Source: Candidatus Xenobia bacterium
GTDB taxonomy: Bacteria; Vulcanimicrobiota; Xenobia; Xenobiales; QWHO01
Assembly (NCBI GenBank): GCA_045863235.1
Contig: BTUM01000049.1
Span: forward strand, 1 to 59,409
Direction: 5' to 3'
DNA: 59,409 nucleotides
Position 1 is the stretch's first letter. Each line of letters begins with the position of its first letter. The notes beneath the pieces are model-generated. The model searched no databases. It saw nothing but the letters and a program-made list of their open reading frames with translations, and was not told the DNA's origin. Shown in pieces: positions 53,775 to 59,409 of this stretch. Both the position numbers and the translations under genes were made by a program.

Positions 53775-56700
53775 ATGGACGCCACCCGCATCACCGCCAA
53801 CACGACCAGCGCCTTCAGCGCCCCCACCCGCAGCGCGGGACAGGACGAAGACCCCCACAAAGGGGTGAAGGAGAAGTTCGAGTGGAGCGGCCGCCCGACG
53901 GCCGGTGAATCGGGGAGCTTCCAGCCTCAGGCCCAGCAGGCCCAGACGGCCGCCCCGTCGGTCCAGACCGAGACGGCCATCGCGATGAAGGCCCCTCCGG
54001 GCGCGCGCAAGAGCGAGGACCTGGGCGTGGTGACCGTGCTCGACGCGGCCTCCGTGGCTCCTGGAGCCGACCTGATTCAGGCCGAGGAGAGCCGCACCTC
54101 CGAGGCCCAGACTCGCAACTGGGCCGACATCGGCAAGAAGGTCGGCCTGGTGGTGCTGGGCGGTCTGGCAGTAGGCGTGCCCCTGGCGATGCCGGCCGTG
54201 GCCCAGGCGGCTCCGGCCCAGGTGGCCACCCAGCAGCAGGTCAACAGGGACGTCGCCCCGGTGCATGTCGGCAGCCTGCAGGACGTGGTCAACCAGTACA
54301 ACGGCACGCGCCCCTTCTTCGTGGTCGGCACCCCCAAGATCAACGGCACCGCCCTCAGCCAGAACGAGATGCGCGAGTTCCAGCAGGTGCTGCGCGAGCA
54401 CCCCAACACCGTGGTGGTGCTCGTCGAGAACACCAACAACGAGGATGCCGACAACACCCTGATCGGGCGCGGCATCGGCAACAACCCCGCCTTCCAGAAC
54501 ATCAAGAACGCCCAGACCGGCGAGGGCGAGGGCGTGATGCTGGTCATCTACTTCGCCAACCGGGGCGACGCCAGCGATCGTCCCATCTTCTACCGGGCCG
54601 GCGACCTGGCCGACCGCCTCAACGTGGGCGAGGCCAACTGGGCCGCCCCCGACCACTCGCCGCGCGAGCTGATGCGCACCTTCATCAACGCCTTCCGCAA
54701 CGAGGGTCGCAGCCTGGCCGGCTCGGTGGACGCCGTCTTCGACCAGGTCAACGGTACCATCGCCCGCGAGGTGCAGGCCCAGGTGGGCAACGCCCAGCAG
54801 AACGTGAGCGCCGCCCAGTCGGCCCTTAACGGCGTGAAGCCCAAGGTTACCCAGTTCCAGCAGCGCCACGGCTCGGGCGGCACCATCGGCAGCCCGGACG
54901 TGAACAGCTGGCAGCAGCAGCTCACCACCGCCCAGCAGCAGCTGGCTAACCGCGACTTTGCGGGAGCGACCCGCACCGCCAACGCCCTGGTCCAGACCAT
55001 CCGCGGTCACGAGACCCTGATGGCCAACTACGAGGCCGCTCCCGGCGTGGCCAGCCAGGTCGAGGCCCAGATTCAGCAGCTGCAGCAGCAGATCCAGAAC
55101 CTGCCCGACAACAGCCAGGCCCAGAGTGCCCGGGCCTCCTTCGAGCGGGCTCAGAGCGAGCTGCAGCAGTTCCGTAACGACCACTCCGCCAAGAGCCCCG
55201 GCTTCCAGCAGCACCTCGACGCCGCCAAGTCGGCTGCCGCCGAGGGCCTCTCTCAGGCCCAGAGCTCCAAGGACACGGCCGCCCGCAACGAGGCCATCCG
55301 CAACTACGGAGCCGCGGCCGGCGCCATCGCCATCCTGGTCACCGGCATCATCCTCAACGTCCGCGCCCGCGGCGCTCGGAAGGCTGCCGAGGCCGAGTAT
55401 GAAGAAGCCATCAACGAGATCGGCAAGAAGTCGCACGAACTGCTCGAGCTGATGAACGAGGCCGACTACCACAAGGTGGCCAACTACGAGGGCAAGACCA
55501 AGGAAGTGGCCGACGCCCTGATGGCCAATGTGGTGGACGCCCTCACCCTGGTGGGCGGCGCCGAGAAGTTCGCCAACGAGGCCAAGAGCCTGATCGACGC
55601 CGGCGGCTTCGGGCGCGTCAAGAACTGGTTCACCACCGGCAACTTCAAGAAGGCCGAGCGGTTGCTCACTGACCCCAACGAGAAGCTGACCTTCAGCTTC
55701 ACCGACAGCTCCCGCAAGGTGATCGAGAAGGACTCGCAGGCCGCCACCTGGCGCGAGGAGCTGCTCAAGCGGGGCACCAGCCGCGAGTTCACCCAGTCGC
55801 TGCAAGAGATCTTGCTGGCGATGGCCGACAACCGCGACGAGGCGAAGGGACAGCTGGCCGAGCTCGACAAGAAGGGCTCCGAGATCAACACTTATATCCA
55901 GCGCGTGGACGACGCCTCGGCCGCGGCCTTCAAGAAGGCCACTTCGCTCAAGGCGGGCGAGTCCTTCGCCGCTCCCGAGGCCAAGGTGGCCGTGCAGGCT
56001 GCCTCGCGCGCGGTGGTGGCCGAGGCCGCCCAGGACAGCGATGAGAAGTATCCCAACCTGTCGGCCGACCAGCTCCTCAAGCGCTCGGCCTTCCCGGCCG
56101 CGGCCGGCGACGCGTCTTTCACGGCCCCGGCGGTGGTCGACAACCTGCTGCCGATGGTGCGCGGCTCCAAGGCCGAGGGCGGCCTGCTGGCCAAAGGCCG
56201 CGAGCTGGCCGACCGCAACTTCATCACCGCCTGGGACGACTATGCAACTCCCGCCGAGCGCATGACCAACGAGGCCACCCAGATCATCGACCTGGGCGTG
56301 GACACCCGCACGGGCCTCTTGCAGACCCTGGGCGCGGCCGACAGCTTCCTGCACGCCAATCAGGTCAAGACCGACTGGGCCCACGCCACCAAGGACAAGC
56401 TCTCGGGCCGTCTCAACGAGGCCGCTAACAAGGCGATGCGCACCTCGGCCGCCGACGACATCAAGCAGATCGGCAGCGAGATTCAGGCCCTCGAGGCCCG
56501 CGTCGAGCGCGTCGTGGAGCAAGACTACGAGCGCCGCGAGATCTCGCCCAAGCTGATCGCCGATGCCGAGGCCGACGTCACCAAGACCCGTCAGGAGCTG
56601 TGCGACCAGCTGCAGAAGTTCGGCGTCTTCAAAGGCGGCAAGCCGGAAGAAGTGCTCGTCGAGCCGCAGCGCAACCCCACCGACCGCACCAAAGCTTCTC

Positions 56701-57944
56701 ACGACAACCTGGCCAGGGTGAAGCCGCAGCTCGACACCGGTAACATGGAGAAGGCCGGCGAGCACCTGGGCAACATCCGCGACCTGACCGACGAGGCTCA
56801 CGACCTGGTGGCCCAGAGCCGCGCGGCCGTCAAGAGCTACCACGGCACTCTGGAGGAGCGCCAGAAGCGCACCACCAAGACCACCGACAGCATTGCCTCG
56901 ACCTACCAGCCCTCCTTCGACCGCATCAAGTCGACTTACGCCGCCGCCTGCCAGCAGCTGATCGCCGCCGAGGTGGGCGCGGGCGACACCATCGGGGACA
57001 ACATCGCGCAAGCCCGGGCCGACATCAAGAAGGCCGAAGGCGAAACCGCCGACGGCATCAAGAACTTCGACCGCGCTTACGTGCTGACCTCACGCGACGA
57101 CCTCAACAAGGCCGATGCCAGCCTCAAGAGCGCACAGGCGCACCTGGACGGCATCACCAACGCCGAGAAGCTGCTCGGCCAGAAGCAGACCGCGGTGGAG
57201 GGCGAGCTGAAGACCCTCGAAGGCAACTACGCTCGCACCCGCTCCAACGCCGGCCAGGTGTTCGTGCGCTCGCAGGCCAAGAGCCTGCTGAGCCAGGGCG
57301 AGCAGAGCCTGCGCCAGGCTGGCAACGCGGTCAACGCCAAGCCCAAGAACCCGTTCGAGGCCAAGAATGCTCTGGGAGCCTCTGAGAGCATGCGCGGCCA
57401 GGTCGAGACGGCCATCGCGGCCGACAAGCGGGCTTACGACGCGGCCAACTCGGCCGTCTCCAGCGCTGAGAGCGAGATGTCCAGCGCCCGTGGCCAGATC
57501 ATGGCCTACGCCGCCGAGAGCTGGAGCTTCTCCAACCGCTGCGGCAGCGCCCGCAACTCGGTGGGTCAGGCGGCGGTGGCCGGTGCCCTGGTCTCGCTCG
57601 GCTCGGCCGAAGGCGACCTGCGCTCGGCTCGCACCCTCATCTCGGCTCAGCGCTACGAGGAAGCCGCCCAGGAAGCCCAGCAGGCCGAGCGGGCCGCCGG
57701 CAGCGCGGTGGGCCTGGCCGCAGCCGCGCGGGCTTCGGCTTACGCCTCGCATATGAGCGAAGTGCGTCGCCTGGAAGCCGAGGAGGACGCTCTCGAGCGT
57801 CGCGAGGCCGAAGAGCGTCGCCGGCAGGAGGAGGCCGAGGCGGCTCGCCGCCGGGCCAGCGAATCGAGTTCTTCGTCGGGCGGCTCCAGCGGCGGCTGGG
57901 GCGGCGGCGGCGGTGGGAGCGGCGGCTCAAGCGGCCGCTGGTAA
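53775..57944 (+). CDS. Giant (~1390 aa) protein: disordered N-extension, signal/TM, TPM-like domain, second TM, long helical region, Gly/Ser tail
   Basis: ATG 53775 after GGAG; VGLVVLGGLAVGVPLAMPAVAQA; AAAGAIAILVTGIIL; ends GGGGGGSGGSSGRW. Confidence 0.88.
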   Translation: MDATRITANTTSAFSAPTRSAGQDEDPHKGVKEKFEWSGRPTAGESGSFQPQAQQAQTAAPSVQTETAIAMKAPPGARKSEDLGVVTVLDAASVAPGADLIQAEESRTSEAQTRNWADIGKKVGLVVLGGLAVGVPLAMPAVAQAAPAQVATQQQVNRDVAPVHVGSLQDVVNQYNGTRPFFVVGTPKINGTALSQNEMREFQQVLREHPNTVVVLVENTNNEDADNTLIGRGIGNNPAFQNIKNAQTGEGEGVMLVIYFANRGDASDRPIFYRAGDLADRLNVGEANWAAPDHSPRELMRTFINAFRNEGRSLAGSVDAVFDQVNGTIAREVQAQVGNAQQNVSAAQSALNGVKPKVTQFQQRHGSGGTIGSPDVNSWQQQLTTAQQQLANRDFAGATRTANALVQTIRGHETLMANYEAAPGVASQVEAQIQQLQQQIQNLPDNSQAQSARASFERAQSELQQFRNDHSAKSPGFQQHLDAAKSAAAEGLSQAQSSKDTAARNEAIRNYGAAAGAIAILVTGIILNVRARGARKAAEAEYEEAINEIGKKSHELLELMNEADYHKVANYEGKTKEVADALMANVVDALTLVGGAEKFANEAKSLIDAGGFGRVKNWFTTGNFKKAERLLTDPNEKLTFSFTDSSRKVIEKDSQAATWREELLKRGTSREFTQSLQEILLAMADNRDEAKGQLAELDKKGSEINTYIQRVDDASAAAFKKATSLKAGESFAAPEAKVAVQAASRAVVAEAAQDSDEKYPNLSADQLLKRSAFPAAAGDASFTAPAVVDNLLPMVRGSKAEGGLLAKGRELADRNFITAWDDYATPAERMTNEATQIIDLGVDTRTGLLQTLGAADSFLHANQVKTDWAHATKDKLSGRLNEAANKAMRTSAADDIKQIGSEIQALEARVERVVEQDYERREISPKLIADAEADVTKTRQELCDQLQKFGVFKGGKPEEVLVEPQRNPTDRTKASHDNLARVKPQLDTGNMEKAGEHLGNIRDLTDEAHDLVAQSRAAVKSYHGTLEERQKRTTKTTDSIASTYQPSFDRIKSTYAAACQQLIAAEVGAGDTIGDNIAQARADIKKAEGETADGIKNFDRAYVLTSRDDLNKADASLKSAQAHLDGITNAEKLLGQKQTAVEGELKTLEGNYARTRSNAGQVFVRSQAKSLLSQGEQSLRQAGNAVNAKPKNPFEAKNALGASESMRGQVETAIAADKRAYDAANSAVSSAESEMSSARGQIMAYAAESWSFSNRCGSARNSVGQAAVAGALVSLGSAEGDLRSARTLISAQRYEEAAQEAQQAERAAGSAVGLAAAARASAYASHMSEVRRLEAEEDALERREAEERRRQEEAEAARRRASESSSSSGGSSGGWGGGGGGSGGSSGRW

Positions 57945-57950
57945 GACGGA

Positions 57951-57973
57951 AGAAGGGCCGAAAGGCCCTTTTT
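57951..57973. terminator. Intrinsic terminator (likely bidirectional)
   Basis: AAGGGCC-GAAA-GGCCCTT-TTT. Confidence 0.9.
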
Positions 57974-57983
57974 CATTTGCGGT

Positions 57984-58406
57984 TCAGGGCAGAACGGTGA
58001 AGCCTTCTTGCATGGCGACCTGGCGCAGCCGGTGGTCCAGGCTGACCAGCTCGCGGCCCGCCGGTTGCTGCTCGCACCAGGCAAGCGAGGCGGCCAGTTG
58101 CAGCGAGTCGGCTGCGCGCAGGGGATAGGCAGCCACCAGTCGGTGAGCCATGAGGCGCACAAGCTCGGTCGGCTCGACCTGCTCGGCGCTTTGAAGCACT
58201 AATCGCAACGTCTCGCGCGCGAGCTGGAGCTCGTCGCCCGCCAGGGAGCCCTCGCGAAACCGTCGGTTGAGCGCGGAATGACATTCCACCGAGGTTCCCC
58301 ACCACAAGACGAGGCGCTCGTCTGACTCGAGCAGCGCCAGGCTTTCTGCGCGCCCCGGCTCGTCGAGCAGCAACGGGAGCACGGCGGAGGAGTCCCAGAA
58401 CCTCAC
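57984..58406 (-). CDS. vapC: VapC PIN-domain toxin
   Basis: MRFWDSSAVLPLL, VEC.SAL.R, LRAADSLQLAA, VSLDHRL. Confidence 0.92.
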   Translation of the reverse strand: MRFWDSSAVLPLLLDEPGRAESLALLESDERLVLWWGTSVECHSALNRRFREGSLAGDELQLARETLRLVLQSAEQVEPTELVRLMAHRLVAAYPLRAADSLQLAASLAWCEQQPAGRELVSLDHRLRQVAMQEGFTVLP

Positions 58407-58699
58407 CAGCCGTTCGCACGCTCTTGAAGGAGTGCCTCGACGACCGACTCGGAGGCGCGGGCCGCCCGCCGCCCCCGGAGCGCCTCGACCAGTGATTGTC
58501 CGTTGCCCGGCTTCAAGATACCGTCGCGATAGAGGCGCTCGAGCCGGGAGCCCTCCTGCTCGGGATCCGACTGGTAGGGAACCAGCTTTGCGATCGGTCG
58601 GCCTCGCTCGGTGACCAGCACTTCTTCCCCTGCCTTGACCAGGCTCAGATAAGCGCTCAGGGACGCTTTCAGGGTTGTGACCGAAGTGACTTTTTCCAT
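58403..58699 (-). CDS. vapB: Phd/YefM-family antitoxin
   Basis: SVTTLKASLSAYL..VKAGEEVLVTERGRPIAKLVP. Confidence 0.92.
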   Translation of the reverse strand: MEKVTSVTTLKASLSAYLSLVKAGEEVLVTERGRPIAKLVPYQSDPEQEGSRLERLYRDGILKPGNGQSLVEALRGRRAARASESVVEALLQERANGW

Positions 58700-58700
58700 G

Positions 58701-58735
58701 TGACCAGTCTAGTCTGTTTCTGAAGCACTGGTCAA
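58701..58735 (-). promoter_or_regulatory. Leaderless TA promoter with inverted-repeat operator
   Basis: TTGACC-N18-TAGACT-N6-ATG; TGACCAGT...ACTGGTCA. Confidence 0.75.
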
Positions 58736-58979
58736 GGAGCCCGGGAGGCTTGTGTTCGACACAGGGCTTTGAGTCCGCTTCGTAGCGGCCTTGCTTGTTT
58801 CGATTTTTGAACCGGCGGTTCATTTTTGGAGCGTTTGTTCGCCGTTGGGGAGCTGCGCGCCCACCTCGCTGGCTCGACGGCGTCGCGGATTGGCCCAGGC
58901 CGACGGGCCTGGAAAGAAATTCAATGGCAACCGTCGAATCAGACAAGAAACTAGAGTTCAGCAGGTCGGGGGAGGTCGA

Positions 58980-59409
58980 ATGCAGTGCCGTGGGACGCAC
59001 CAACCGGTCCGAGCCAGTCTTCTAGCAGTTCTGGTAGCCTGCCTGTTTGCTCTCCAGTGTGGAGGCAATGAGCCGGGCCCGTCAAGCTCCGGCACCAGTC
59101 CCGACGACGCGACCCTCGGGGGGGGGGCTAAGCGGTAACTTCAAAGCCACTCCAGTCTCCCTCAGCCTCGTAACCCCGGCCGATGTGCCGAGCGGTCTTC
59201 TCGACGTCACTCCCGGAGCCGTCTCCGAAGCCCAGAGAAACGTCATCCTGGCGCGCAAGCTCAGCCCCGAGCGGATCCAACCTCGTCACAACAACTCTCC
59301 GCACCTGCGCCAATTCACCGTTCACCAGGTCGAGAACCAGGCGACCCTCTATTACGTGCTCAACCAGCTCCAGGGCACCACCCAGCCTTACGTCGCCTAC
59401 ACTCCCGAG
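58980..59409 (+). pseudogene. Putative lipoprotein gene frameshifted at a G10 tract (partial, runs off right edge)
   Basis: GGAGG RBS, LLAVLVACLFALQC signal; with 9 G the frame stays open to the window end. Confidence 0.65.

Noticed and set aside
53682..57011. 1109-aa minus-strand ORF (likewise 48741-51245, 51016-52719, 22255-24072, 25276-26775)
   Set aside because: Antisense shadows of real genes with no independent motifs
47600..58700. Prophage or integrative element
   Set aside because: No integrase, terminase, capsid, transposase, tRNA or att-like direct repeats; codon usage is host-like
58808..58822. TGAACCG-G-CGGTTCA palindrome as a LexA box
   Set aside because: GAAC-N5-GTTC spacing differs from the N4 Gram-positive SOS box; single instance with an unclear target

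Overview
High-GC bacterial chromosomal window with about 60 genes; no rRNA, tRNA, CRISPR array or transposase was seen. The taxon cannot be proven from this window. The style of the hypothetical proteins makes me guess an Eremiobacterota/Vulcanimicrobiota-like lineage, with low confidence. Housekeeping blocks: acyl-CoA ligase-MFS-BTAD regulator operon; GH63 plus sugar ABC importer; mqnE; MoaD-MoaE fusion; B12 mutase large subunit; hexokinase; HtrA; MgtC; dcd-nfi; heterodimeric ABC exporter; tandem pilT. These are interspersed with an unusual set of orphan genes. Main points of interest: (1) A divergent locus at 48.4-57.9 kb, bracketed by two vapBC modules, encodes four glycine-zipper membrane proteins (three of them paralogous) opposite a ~1390 aa TPM-like/coiled-coil protein. 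(2) These and other scattered orphans share a signal-peptide-less M(N/Q)V + Ser/Thr/Pro/Ala/Gln-rich N-terminus and recurring promoter motifs (TCAn-N6-TCAG-N10-TAnnnT, plus two further motifs), which suggests an undescribed co-regulated secreted-effector/pore-former system. (3) Two tandem LeuA-family paralogues show reciprocal loss of catalytic motifs, which predicts an obligate one-active-site heterodimer. (4) A ~125 nt unannotated structured RNA lies beside pilT. (5) Also present: a (Gly-Asn-Ala)n repeat protein, two intergenic repeat elements, a deleted TA relic and a poly-G frameshifted lipoprotein gene. Family calls come from motif recognition only; no database search was run.
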